A stretch of DNA of 22,373 nucleotides from Granulicella sp. Lineage in GTDB: Bacteria; Acidobacteriota; Terriglobia; Terriglobales; Acidobacteriaceae. The notes under the pieces were generated by a model. It had not been told where the DNA came from, did no database searches, and was given only the letters and a program-made list of their open reading frames with translations. Positions 1-9,137 of this stretch are shown here, piece by piece. Every line of letters begins with the position of its first letter. The first letter of the stretch is position 1. The stretch covers positions 1 through 22,373 of the forward strand of contig DAHWNL010000040.1 in assembly GCA_027339965.1 (NCBI GenBank). The letters are read 5' to 3'. Made by a program: the position numbers and the translations under genes.

Positions 1-146
1 GCACATCCTGCGCAAAGCCAAGGCAAGAAGCGAAGAGCTGCTCGATCAAGCCACGGGCGAGGCGCTGAAACTCATCACCCCGGAAGATGCCAGGGGATGG
101 TTCCGGCTCTGCGCCACAGATCTATCGTATTTTGCAGAATGGTCTA
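1..146 (+). mobile_element. IS630-family insertion sequence, 3' end (partial transposase C-terminus and right end)
   Basis: Frame 2 from base 2 reads HILRKAKARSEELLDQATGEALKLITPEDARGWFRLC, a typical IS630 transposase C-terminus (LRK..AR....L..A...AL..IT..DA.GWF..C). It is followed by TTTTGCAGAATGGTC-TA (TA at 145-146), exactly where ISAzo13 homology on the minus strand stops. IS630 elements target TA. Confidence 0.8.
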
Positions 147-1132
147 AGGTTCACAATCGTTTCGTAGTCCTGCAGTGGTTCCCCACGCCAGTTGGAGGAG
201 ATGAAGGAGAACAATCGGTGTTCGACTTTATTCCATTTGCCGGTTCCGAGAGGGAAATGGCAGACCGAGACGGCTACCCCTGACTCATCGGCGAATTTCT
301 GCAGTTCCAGTTTCCACAGGCGCAGACGCCAGCCATTGCTGCCTCCGCCGTCGGCGTTGATCAGCAGGCTTTTGGCGCGCGGATAGAGTCGCCTCCTTTC
401 ATGACGCCACCATCCCCGAATCGAAGCAACGGCAAAGGCACCCGTAATGCCATAGGGAGAAGCGCGGGCACGTCAGGCTGTGGAAAGTTATGCCCGCGCA
501 CCAGGCGCGGCTGTTTAGCCGCAAGCCACTGCCGGCCGCCATTGTAGTAGTTGCCGATGAGTTCCTTCTCTTACGTATCCACGTAAATCACCGGCCAGCC
601 CTGCTTCAGGTATCGTTTCGCAGTGGTGCTGATGTGCCGGAACTGCGCATCCCGATCAGGATGATCTTCCCCTTCTTCCGTCTTGCGGTTGCTCTGCAGA
701 CTGTAACCCTGCTCATGCAGAATCTGCGCTACCTTGGTATGGCTGACCGGATGCCGGCGGCGGATGAGGACCCCGGCAATGGCGCGCGTGGCTCTTCGAA
801 GTCCAGAGCAGCAGCGATTCCGGATCGCCTCGCGTCTGCGCGTCGAGAATTGCCCCCAGCCTTTCGACCAGTTGGGGATCGGGCTGGGTAATGGCTTCCG
901 GCCACCTCCGGCGCGGCGGATACGACCCTCCAGCCCCACCCCGCTCTCAAGCTCCTGAATCCCCCTTTGAATGGCCTTGCGTGACAAGCCGCATGAACGG
1001 CTGACCCGGCTCACGCCTTCGTAGCCGAGGGCCTTGGCCTTGCTGGCCGCCGCCAGCCGGCGCGTGCGTTCGTTCAAGTGCGGCCGGAGGGTGCCAAGCT
1101 TCGCCGATAGCTTCATTAGGAGTGCTCACCAT
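147..1132 (-). pseudogene. ISAzo13-family transposase pseudogene, interrupted by IS630
   Basis: Motifs LNERTRRL, GVSRVSRSCGLSRKAI and RIRRAGGGRKPL. An alternative frame gives TRGDPESLLLWTSKS (compensating frameshifts ~890 and ~790). Then GYSLQSNRKTEEGEDHPDRDAQF, an in-frame TAA at 571-573 (VDT*EKELIGNY), a further frameshift/deletion at ~445-465, and LLINADGGGSNG..RLWKLELQ..VCHFPLGTGKWNKVEHRLFSFISSNWRGEPL..YETIVNL, truncated at 147. Confidence 0.9.
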
Positions 1133-1373
1133 TCAGCAGCGCAATGCAGGGAGATTTCGATTGTTCACACGCTCGTAATCCTGTATGTTCAGACTATCCA
1201 AAGACCTTGTACTGCGTTAGCGATCTGGGGCTGAGCCCGTGACCATAGGGGGCGTCCGCTCGCTGAGTGTTGCCCACAGACAAGAGTCAACTCTGTCCAT
1301 GCAAGCCGCGATGCGTCACGGTTGCTGCGGCCTGCTTTGCCGTTGTCCGCATTCACTTTGAGGAGAGTCAGCT

Positions 1374-4300
1374 ATGCGAAAGCTTCTTGTAGTGGCATTG
1401 TCTGTGGGTCTTTTTGCCGGCACTGGTGCAGCGAGGGCGCAACAGACCCTTGGGTCTTTGAACGGGACGGTGGAGGACGACTCGGGAGCAGCGGTGTCGG
1501 ACTCCATGGTGACGGCGACCGATCACGCCATCGGCGTGACCCGAACCACGAAGAGCCAGGCGAATGGATACTTCCAGATCTTTGACCTGCCGGTGGGCAC
1601 CTACGAGGTGACCACGACGCATGATGGTTTTGACACGACTGACTTGACCGGCGTCGAGGTCCAGGAGGCTACCGCCAAGACCCTGCTGGTGAAGCTGAAG
1701 GTTGGACACGTTGCAACTGCGGTGACGGTGACGGCCAATCCCCTGCTGAATGCGACCGATACCACCAACGGCTACACGCTGGACAAGGCCCAGATCGCCC
1801 TGACGCCTTTGGCCACGGGCAGCTTCACGCAACTGGCAATCCTTTCGCCGGGCGTGAACGCTGAGCTGCTGAGCGGCGAAGGCGTCAACGCTGGTTTGGG
1901 GAATCAGCCCATCTGGGCCAACGGCCAGCGCGACACCTCCAATACCTTTCAGGTGAACGGCGTGGACGCTGACAATCTGTTCAACGGCAAGAGCTCCAGC
2001 AGTGACACCTCGCAGCGCTATAACTTCAACATTGGCCAGGGGAACACCGTCGGCGGAGCCATCATCGAAGGTAGTTCGGTGTATGGTTCCAACGGAAACA
2101 GCCTGCCGGCGCCCCCGCCAGAGTTCATTCAGGAGCTGCGCGTCAATGCCTCCATGTATGACTCGGAGGAGGGCGCCACCAGTGGAGCGCAGATCGACGT
2201 CAACACCCAGACCGGCACCAACCACTATCACGGTCAGGTGTATAGCAACTATTCCAACAGTGCGTTGAACTCGGCGCCATTCTTCTTCAATCAGGATGCC
2301 GTTCTGGCGGAGCAGGGTGTGGGAGCCTTTCCCATGTCGCTGCGTGATCCGCTGCTGCATCGCTGGACCCTTGGCGGCACATTGGGCGGCCCGGTCATCA
2401 AAAACAAGCTCTTCTTCTTTGTGGCTTATCAGCATCTTTATGACTCGGATCAGGCCACGGGCCTGACCCAGATGACCGTGCCGCAGGCGTTCAACACCAC
2501 CAACTGTCCCAACGGCCGCACCAGCGCGTGTCTGCAGGCGCTGAACCAGGGATACTCCGGCGGCACAAGCCCGATTACCCTGGATCCCTCCGGGGTCGCC
2601 GAGGCGTTGTTCAACGCCACCCTGCCCAACGGGCAGTATCTGATTCCCTACGCTCAGACCTCAGCGCCCTTTGCCTACGATGTCCCTAACGTCACACTCC
2701 AAGGTACTTCGTTGTTCAAGGGAGATCAGGCGACGGGCAGCCTGGACTACGACGTTACCCAAACCGACAGGTTGAGCTTCAAGTACTACTATCAGACCGA
2801 CCCGGTTACCATGCCCTACGGCTTTACCTCAGAGGTGGGAGGATTTCCCTCTGTCACCGAGAACCATGCTCAGGTGGCCGCGCTGGACAACACGATCCAA
2901 CTGGGGCCGCGGCTGAACTGGGAGCAGCGCGTTGGCTGGGATCGCATGGGCACCTATACCACCTACAATCAGACGGTGGTCAACAATGCGACGGGCGCCA
3001 ATGCCGGTCCTACCTTCGGCATCACCGATGATGTTCCGGGTCAGCCCGGCCTGCTTCCCAGCTTCAACATATCGAGATTCGCTGTGAACGAGTCGGGCAC
3101 GCCCAGCCTTCGCGTGGGCCCCAACAGCAGCTTTGTGAACACCGGTTACTACCAGAATCGGATCAATCCGTCGAGCAACGCGATTCTGATCCTCGGCAAC
3201 CACACCCTGATGGTTGGCGGAGGCTACAGCTACACGCAACTGAACATCGAAAACAACCGCAACGGCCTGATAACAGAAAATTTTTCCAACCTAAAGAACT
3301 TTTTGGAAGGGAATGTGCACACTTCAAGCGTGCTGGAGACGCTCTCCTCCAACGGAAAGAACCTCGCCAATCGTTACTATCGCACCAATGAGGGCGCCTC
3401 TTACCTCCAGGATAAATGGCAGGCGCTCTCCAATCTGAGCATCACCGCGGGCGTGCGTTGGGACTATCACGGCGGCATGACGGAGAAGTATGGCAACTTC
3501 TTCAACTTCGATCCGAACACCTATGATGTCACCGGCACGGATCCAGCGGTAGGCGGCAGCGGCTTCACGGTAATCAATGACGGCCTGGTGGTGGCCGGTA
3601 ACAATCCAACGGCGCGCACGCCGGGAACCAGCGCCTCCACACTCACGGGACGCCAGTGGGGGATCTCCCCGCGCATCGGCTTCGCCTGGTCGCCCAAGCG
3701 GGATGGAGGCAAGTTCGTGATCAACGGTGGCGCTGGTATTTATTATGACCGCGGTGAACTGTTCGCTTATCTCTCGCCCCCGGCGGGTGGTGGAGTGGGT
3801 GGACCCTTCGGCGTGACGCAGGAGGCTCCGCTGGTGAGCGCGGTGAGTGGCACCGGGACCTCGATTGCGAATCCTCTGGGTTCAGCCGCCCTGCTCACCA
3901 GCAGCACCACGCCTCCCGCGCCCAGCGAGAATCCCGCGGTGGAGACAACGGCGCTGCAGAATCAGCTCAACTACATGACGGGCAGCACCGCTGGGTTCGG
4001 CCTCAACTGCGGCGGCGTAGGCAACTTCGAGAATGAGTGCTCCCAGACGCCTCTGTACATCGGATCCTATGACAAGAACAATGTTCTGCCTTACACAATG
4101 AACTACACGCTGAACATCCAGTGGCAGCCAAGGAATGATCTGGCGGTAACCATCGGCTACTCCGGCAATCTGGGCAGGCATTCAGTGATTCCACTGCCGT
4201 TCAATATGCCGCAGGTGGCTACCCCCGGTAGCCCAGCGATGATTCTCGGCAAGGATCCGCACTCCAGCGGAGAGATTTACAGCTACGGCTATGATGTGAC

Positions 4301-5567
4301 GAACGGAAATACGAGCTGCGGAGCCTACGGTGATCCGTGCCCGATCGCCTCTGAGCCCTGGTCTACCTACGATGGCGGGAACTCAGACTTTCGCGCTCCC
4401 TACGTGGGCTACAGCCCTTACTCCGCGATGTACAAGACGGTGGGCAACTCCTCCTACAATGCGCTGAATACCCATCTGGAAAAGCGCCTCTCGCACTCTT
4501 TCCAGGTCGGCGCCAGCTATACGTGGAGCCACGCGCTGGATGAACAGAGCGACATCGGCCTGTTCTTTACCGGAGACAATCCCAACGATCTGAAGCAGTC
4601 CTATGCTTCATCGGACTTCGACCGCACCCATGACTTCACCGCAAACTTCCAAGTAGTGCTTCCCAACGCCGCGCCGGAGCACTCTCTGATGGCGCTTCTG
4701 ACCAACGACTGGACCCTGACCGGCATGACCGTTCTGCAAAGCGGCGAGCCCTACTCTCTCTACGAGTACAACGGAGCGGTGGCCAGCGCACAGCTCGGCT
4801 ACTTCCCCACCCTCATCAATCCGATCCTCTCGATTGCCGATCCCGGCAACCATCGCTCTGCCTTGACGGGCCGCTCCGGCCGATATCGCGGTGTGGGCGG
4901 GGAGTACATGCCGGCACTGGATCCCACTCAGATTGCGGTGGAGTACCTGGCGCCGGGTCAGGGCGGAGTTCCTCCAGCCTCCGCAGGCGCCCCAACGGAT
5001 CCAGTCGACGTCTACGAGACTGCGTTTGCTCCGGGTGACCAGCGCAACATCTTCCGCCAAGGAGCGCAGCGCAGCCTGGATCTCTCCCTGCGCAAGGAGT
5101 TTCACATCAAAGGACGAGTCGATCTTTTGTACTCCTTCAACGTCTTTAACATCACCAACACCACCAGCATGGACGTTCCGCAGGACTCGGCGACCATCGG
5201 TCAGCACGGTTCCTGCGCCAATAACTACCTCGCCGGTTCTGGCGCGCTCTATGACTGCGTGAACGGTTATGAAAACTACGGCTTGATCGTCACCAGCCAG
5301 GCGGATCAAGGATCGACGGTTACGGGCGCGGGTCCTGCTGGAGGCGGCTCCGCGGGGGACAACCTGTATGAGAAGCCCTACACGGGCGGCACTTCGGGTC
5401 GGGCTACCACAGTCCCCTTGACGCTTCCGTTTGGCGTCTACGGCTGCTCGGTGGCCACAGAGGTGACCCCCAGCGGTTGTGCGAACAACAACGCCCAGTT
5501 AGGCTCGGTCACCGGCACCATCGGCAGCCAGCGCATGATTTCCATGGACCTTCACATCACGTTTTAG
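1374..5567 (+). CDS. TonB-dependent receptor, Oar-like, with N-terminal carboxypeptidase-regulatory-like domain
   Basis: 1397 aa with SD GAGGAG upstream. Signal peptide (ARA|QQ), then GSLNGTVED..GAAV..GYFQIFDLPVGTYEVT..GF domain, plug (NGQR..N.FQVNGVD, EFIQELRV), barrel motifs (GGTLGGPVIKNKLFFF, YLQDKWQ..NLSITAGVRWD, SPRIGFAW, SYTWSHALD, FNVFNITN) and C-terminal Phe. Confidence 0.95.
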   Translation: MRKLLVVALSVGLFAGTGAARAQQTLGSLNGTVEDDSGAAVSDSMVTATDHAIGVTRTTKSQANGYFQIFDLPVGTYEVTTTHDGFDTTDLTGVEVQEATAKTLLVKLKVGHVATAVTVTANPLLNATDTTNGYTLDKAQIALTPLATGSFTQLAILSPGVNAELLSGEGVNAGLGNQPIWANGQRDTSNTFQVNGVDADNLFNGKSSSSDTSQRYNFNIGQGNTVGGAIIEGSSVYGSNGNSLPAPPPEFIQELRVNASMYDSEEGATSGAQIDVNTQTGTNHYHGQVYSNYSNSALNSAPFFFNQDAVLAEQGVGAFPMSLRDPLLHRWTLGGTLGGPVIKNKLFFFVAYQHLYDSDQATGLTQMTVPQAFNTTNCPNGRTSACLQALNQGYSGGTSPITLDPSGVAEALFNATLPNGQYLIPYAQTSAPFAYDVPNVTLQGTSLFKGDQATGSLDYDVTQTDRLSFKYYYQTDPVTMPYGFTSEVGGFPSVTENHAQVAALDNTIQLGPRLNWEQRVGWDRMGTYTTYNQTVVNNATGANAGPTFGITDDVPGQPGLLPSFNISRFAVNESGTPSLRVGPNSSFVNTGYYQNRINPSSNAILILGNHTLMVGGGYSYTQLNIENNRNGLITENFSNLKNFLEGNVHTSSVLETLSSNGKNLANRYYRTNEGASYLQDKWQALSNLSITAGVRWDYHGGMTEKYGNFFNFDPNTYDVTGTDPAVGGSGFTVINDGLVVAGNNPTARTPGTSASTLTGRQWGISPRIGFAWSPKRDGGKFVINGGAGIYYDRGELFAYLSPPAGGGVGGPFGVTQEAPLVSAVSGTGTSIANPLGSAALLTSSTTPPAPSENPAVETTALQNQLNYMTGSTAGFGLNCGGVGNFENECSQTPLYIGSYDKNNVLPYTMNYTLNIQWQPRNDLAVTIGYSGNLGRHSVIPLPFNMPQVATPGSPAMILGKDPHSSGEIYSYGYDVTNGNTSCGAYGDPCPIASEPWSTYDGGNSDFRAPYVGYSPYSAMYKTVGNSSYNALNTHLEKRLSHSFQVGASYTWSHALDEQSDIGLFFTGDNPNDLKQSYASSDFDRTHDFTANFQVVLPNAAPEHSLMALLTNDWTLTGMTVLQSGEPYSLYEYNGAVASAQLGYFPTLINPILSIADPGNHRSALTGRSGRYRGVGGEYMPALDPTQIAVEYLAPGQGGVPPASAGAPTDPVDVYETAFAPGDQRNIFRQGAQRSLDLSLRKEFHIKGRVDLLYSFNVFNITNTTSMDVPQDSATIGQHGSCANNYLAGSGALYDCVNGYENYGLIVTSQADQGSTVTGAGPAGGGSAGDNLYEKPYTGGTSGRATTVPLTLPFGVYGCSVATEVTPSGCANNNAQLGSVTGTIGSQRMISMDLHITF

Positions 5568-5584
5568 GTTCCAGCATGGATACA

Positions 5585-5623
5585 GCGCGGCCCATATCTC
5601 GCAGGTGAAGATAGGGGCCGCGC
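5585..5623. terminator. Hairpin between convergent genes, probable bidirectional terminator
   Basis: GCGCGGCCC-A-TATCT ... AGATA-G-GGGCCGCGC inverted repeat in the 62-bp gap between two convergent stop codons. No strong U-tract. Confidence 0.65.
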
Positions 5624-5629
5624 GTTGCT

Positions 5630-6955
5630 TCAAGTGATCCATTTGGCCATTGCCGTCAGCAACCGGGTATAGGGAATGCCCTCAGCGTAGGTCTTCAGGA
5701 TCAAGGACCGCATCCAGGGGGTGCGCATGGCCTTGAAGCCTCGCTCTGGCCGGGTGTGGAACGCCTGGGCGGCGCGCATCGAAAAGGACAAGGTCCGTTG
5801 CAGGGGGCTCAGGTGGCGAGCATACGCCGCAGCGACCTCGCTGGAACGCTCTGCCTCGGGGAACTCCAGGATGGCCGCGGCGGCGGCCTGGCCGCTGACG
5901 ATGGCAGAGTGGATCCCTTCTCCGGTGAGGGGATCAACCAGACCGGCGGCGTCTCCGGTAAGAAGCACGCGGCCTTTTGGGACGTAGTTGTGGCCACCCA
6001 TTCCCAGTTGTTGACCGGTGATGTGGGTCAGCGTGGCCACGCCTAGCTTCTGTTGTGCATAGCTCCGCAGCAGCTCGCGGGTGATCTGCTTCAGCGTCCT
6101 GCTACCGATGCCATGGGCAGCAGCGAAGGCTCCCACGCCGATGTTGACGTGGTCGGCTTTGGGGAAGAGCCAGCCGTAGCCGCCGCGCAGGGGAGTGAAG
6201 TCAAATACCAGATCCTGGGGGGACCTGCCGCCGGGCAGCGACTCCGGCAGAGCGCTGTAGGGCACGGTGGCCTCCAGGGCAAAGCCGTCCTGCTCAAAGC
6301 TGGTGATAGTCCGGCCGGCTGCGGAGGAGTATTGGCCGGCCAGGCGTCGTGTCTGGCCATTGGCTCCGTCGGCGCCGATCAAGATGGGTGCGCGATAGGT
6401 ATTCGTGCGCGTCTCGCAGTCCTGAGTGCACTCGACATCCACCTCGACATACTCCGGGCCTTCGCGCAGCGCGGCGATGCGGCGAATCTGCCGCAGCGAG
6501 ATGGCTCCGCCGTCCCGCGCTGAAGCCAAGGTCTGATGAAGGCAAAAGGCGTCAAACCTTTCCCGGACAGCCATAGCGCAGATGGGGCTGGAGCTGCTCA
6601 ACCGGAGCGGGCCGGTCGAGCCGGAGTCAGTTGGAGGGGCAGGTTGGGTTCGGTCAGCCGGTGCCGGAGGCGTTGCCGGCTCTGGGCGGCTGGCGGGTTC
6701 TGCGTTCCAGGCTGAATCTGGCGTGCGGGTTGGTTCCAGGACGATCTCCGAACAGACCCGCTCAATCACTGGGTCCACGGAGTAGCGCAGCGCCTTCAAC
6801 GTCTTTTGCGTCAGGCCGCAAGCGCAGGGTTTGTGGCGTGGAAAGCGGCTCTTGTCCAGCAGCAGGACGTGTTTGCCGGCGCTCGCCAGGTCGTAGCCGG
6901 CCGCGCAGCCTGCAGGGCCGGCTCCAACGATCAGAATCTCGAAGTCAAGAGTCAT
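5630..6955 (-). CDS. Geranylgeranyl reductase family FAD-dependent oxidoreductase
   Basis: ILIVGAGPAG dinucleotide-binding motif, FPRHKPCACG (RxKxCGxG-like), R..FDAF, LIGADGANG, GYGWLFPK, NIGVG, LLTGDAAGLVDPLTGEGIHSAIVSG. Confidence 0.92.
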   Translation of the reverse strand: MTLDFEILIVGAGPAGCAAGYDLASAGKHVLLLDKSRFPRHKPCACGLTQKTLKALRYSVDPVIERVCSEIVLEPTRTPDSAWNAEPASRPEPATPPAPADRTQPAPPTDSGSTGPLRLSSSSPICAMAVRERFDAFCLHQTLASARDGGAISLRQIRRIAALREGPEYVEVDVECTQDCETRTNTYRAPILIGADGANGQTRRLAGQYSSAAGRTITSFEQDGFALEATVPYSALPESLPGGRSPQDLVFDFTPLRGGYGWLFPKADHVNIGVGAFAAAHGIGSRTLKQITRELLRSYAQQKLGVATLTHITGQQLGMGGHNYVPKGRVLLTGDAAGLVDPLTGEGIHSAIVSGQAAAAAILEFPEAERSSEVAAAYARHLSPLQRTLSFSMRAAQAFHTRPERGFKAMRTPWMRSLILKTYAEGIPYTRLLTAMAKWIT

Positions 6956-7351
6956 GCCTGGAGTTCAGTGTAGTTCTGTTCGCTGCTGACGGCGAGAGGC
7001 TGGATTGGCTGCATGGGGTTCTGGGGATCTCTAGTTTGAAGGATGGAGCCCGGGGCGCACAGCCACCGATCCCGTTGAACCATGGCTGCCGCTTTGTCCC
7101 GCGGCGACTGGTGAGCTGCCTCGCCGCAGATTCCAGCTAACTTCTTGTTCATGTCGCCCGCGAAGATGTCCCCTTTGGATGAGAGATGCGGCATTCCGTT
7201 GGAGGGAAGATTACTCTAGAGACGGGGCCGGTGCGGTTGGTTCTCCGCCTGAAGCGGCATCTTCAGGGAGAGAGCCAATGGCTGGGGGCGTTTTGGAGCT
7301 TTCGGTCGCCAGGCTAAGATCCTGGCGGGATTCCAATTCGTGGAGGTATCC

Positions 7352-9049
7352 GTGGACGGCAAGCAGCACCAAGCAAAGGTCATCCTGGCGTTGCTTCTGT
7401 TTGCTGGTGCGGCGCCGTGTCATCCTCTGCTGGCCCAGAGCGGCGCTGATCCGTTGAATGCCTTGCGTCATGGAACCCTGGTGGTTTGGTATGTCGGGAA
7501 CTCGGTTCACTCCCAGGAGATGGCGATTCAAGCCGTGTCGGCGTTGAACGACTTCACGCCGTTGAACTACACCGAACACAGCGTGGCCAACTTTGGCCAG
7601 AACGCCTCCAGCTTCGGCCAGAATGCAGCCAGCTTCGGGGTGGACGCAGACAGCAAAAGCATCAGTGTGCCGTCCATTCCGGCCAACCGGGATGCCACTA
7701 CGGCCACGCCGAACGGCATCGGGTACAAGCAGCAGGACAGCAGCACCTTTGGGCAAAACGAGGCCGGCTTTGGCAGCACAGCCGGCAACTACGGTATGGA
7801 GAGCAGCAGCTATGGCCAGAACAGCGCCGGCTTTGGGCAGACCTCGGCGAGCTATGGCACAGAAGCAAGCAACGTGGGCCAGAACGCCTCCAGCTTCGCC
7901 GAACCGGAGAATCAGACAACGGCGCTCAGCAGCGTCAGCCAGTCCCTCCAGATGTCGAGCAGTCCGGAGGAAGAGAGGATACAGCAGAGATTGCGCCAGG
8001 CATATCCGGATCTGCAGGTAAGCTTCTATGCCGTTTCACCCAGCGACTTGCAGTCGATGCTGACCGGCTCCAGGGGGTCCAAGGAGTATCCGGATGTGCT
8101 GGTGGGAACATTGCCCGCGGCATGGTGGGCGGGGATGGACAGCAACTTTGGACTGGTGTCGCTGCAACCCGCGGTGTTTTATCCCAACGGAGTGTTGAAC
8201 CATCCGGAGAGCGCGGCGGAGGTGGCCATTCTGGCCGATGCAGCGAACATGCAGGCGGCGCGGGCCTTCGCCTTGTGGATGAGCGAACCTTTTTCCGATT
8301 GTCCGGGTTGCGTAGCCAAGAGTCTCTCCGGCCCGGCCGCGGGGGCGGCGGAGGTGGCCCGCAAAGCGATCCAACGGCTGGTGAACGGGGTTCCGCTGGG
8401 TAGTCTTGCGGATCCTCGCATGGCCCGCAACAGCTCCCAGGGGCAGCGGCATTTGCTGGCCACGATCGGCGACGCTGCGAGCGTGAACGGGGGGATGCTG
8501 GTGCAGGTGGAGCAGGCCTCCGTGCATGGCAGCCTGGCGGCCATTGCGTTGCGTGTGCTGATCTCCACGCCTGGAATCTTTGGAGTCGTGCATCCTCTGG
8601 TGGTCTTGCGCCAGAGCCGGCGAACGACCAAGCCCGGGCCATGGAAGGTTCTGCAACTGACGTTGGACCTTCCCCAGTATGAACAGACCCAGGAGCGCCG
8701 GGTGCTCATGGTAAGCGATCCTCCCACCTGGGCCGAACAGCGCGGGGGAGTGAAGGGGGTTTCCCTGCTGCAGCCCACGGATGGGCAAGATGTGGTCCAG
8801 ATGCCGCAGCTGCTGTGGCAGAACCATGGCGGCGCAGGGCTGGAGGTGGTGGAGTGGCAGAAGGGTGAAGGCCAGGGCTGGTCGGAGTCGCGCCTCTACT
8901 TTGTCGAAGATCAGAATCCAACCCTGCGCATGCAGGCGATGGCCAAGTTCGCCGTCCAGAACGGGCGCTACCGCTGGCGTTTGTGGAGCGTGGGTGCGCA
9001 TGGGGAGATGAAGATCAGCTCCTGGAGCTCTTTTTTCCTGGAGCAATAG
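7352..9049 (+). CDS. Secreted hypothetical multidomain protein with heptad Gly/Ser/Gln/Asn-rich repeats
   Basis: Long ORF (track 7340..9049). SD GGAGGT at 7342-7347 favours GTG at 7352. Signal peptide MDGKQHQAKVILALLLFAGAAPCHPLLA|Q. Protein-like composition, co-oriented with the downstream ABC ATPase. Confidence 0.85.
   Translation: MDGKQHQAKVILALLLFAGAAPCHPLLAQSGADPLNALRHGTLVVWYVGNSVHSQEMAIQAVSALNDFTPLNYTEHSVANFGQNASSFGQNAASFGVDADSKSISVPSIPANRDATTATPNGIGYKQQDSSTFGQNEAGFGSTAGNYGMESSSYGQNSAGFGQTSASYGTEASNVGQNASSFAEPENQTTALSSVSQSLQMSSSPEEERIQQRLRQAYPDLQVSFYAVSPSDLQSMLTGSRGSKEYPDVLVGTLPAAWWAGMDSNFGLVSLQPAVFYPNGVLNHPESAAEVAILADAANMQAARAFALWMSEPFSDCPGCVAKSLSGPAAGAAEVARKAIQRLVNGVPLGSLADPRMARNSSQGQRHLLATIGDAASVNGGMLVQVEQASVHGSLAAIALRVLISTPGIFGVVHPLVVLRQSRRTTKPGPWKVLQLTLDLPQYEQTQERRVLMVSDPPTWAEQRGGVKGVSLLQPTDGQDVVQMPQLLWQNHGGAGLEVVEWQKGEGQGWSESRLYFVEDQNPTLRMQAMAKFAVQNGRYRWRLWSVGAHGEMKISSWSSFFLEQ
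7592..7900 (+). repeat. Coding 21-bp-period (heptapeptide) imperfect tandem repeats in two blocks
   Basis: Block 1: FGQNASS FGQNAAS FGVDADS. Block 2: FGQNEAG FGSTAGN YGMESSS YGQNSAG FGQTSAS YGTEASN VGQNASS FA. Exact 22-nt repeat GGCCAGAACGCCTCCAGCTTCG at 7595-7616 and 7877-7898. Confidence 0.9.
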
Positions 9050-9137
9050 CGTTTTCTGGAGCCATAGCGCCCTTGCCTGCGCCCCCCCCAACCTTGGGTT
9101 GCCGCCGGGACGAGTCTCGATCCGCTATGCTCGTAGG

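Noticed and set aside
571..573. Programmed read-through or recoding in the ISAzo13 transposase
   Set aside because: The TAA co-occurs with several frameshifts, a deletion and an IS insertion, which indicates decay.
490..891. 133-aa plus-strand ORF and ORF 192..386
   Set aside because: Antisense shadows of the ISAzo13 transposase.
1368..2435. Long antisense or alternate-frame ORFs (also 4608..5309, 7486..8403, 8036..9091, 11015..11728, 13350..14141, 13924..14832, 16328..17248, 17297..18172)
   Set aside because: Expected shadows of GC-rich codon usage, overlapping well-supported genes, with no motifs of their own.
6952..7194. 80-aa ORF overlapping the reductase start by 4 nt (ATGA)
   Set aside because: The overlap is suggestive, but there are no recognisable motifs or SD, and it occupies a divergent promoter region. 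Not supportable without homologues.
7742..7900. Ice-nucleation protein or curlin repeat
   Set aside because: One AGFGST resembles INP AGYGST, but the period is 7 rather than 8/16 and there are no TxT ladders. Curlin repeat spacing is also absent.
7592..7900. CRISPR array
   Set aside because: The repeats are in-frame, degenerate at codon positions and have no unique spacers. No cas genes are present.
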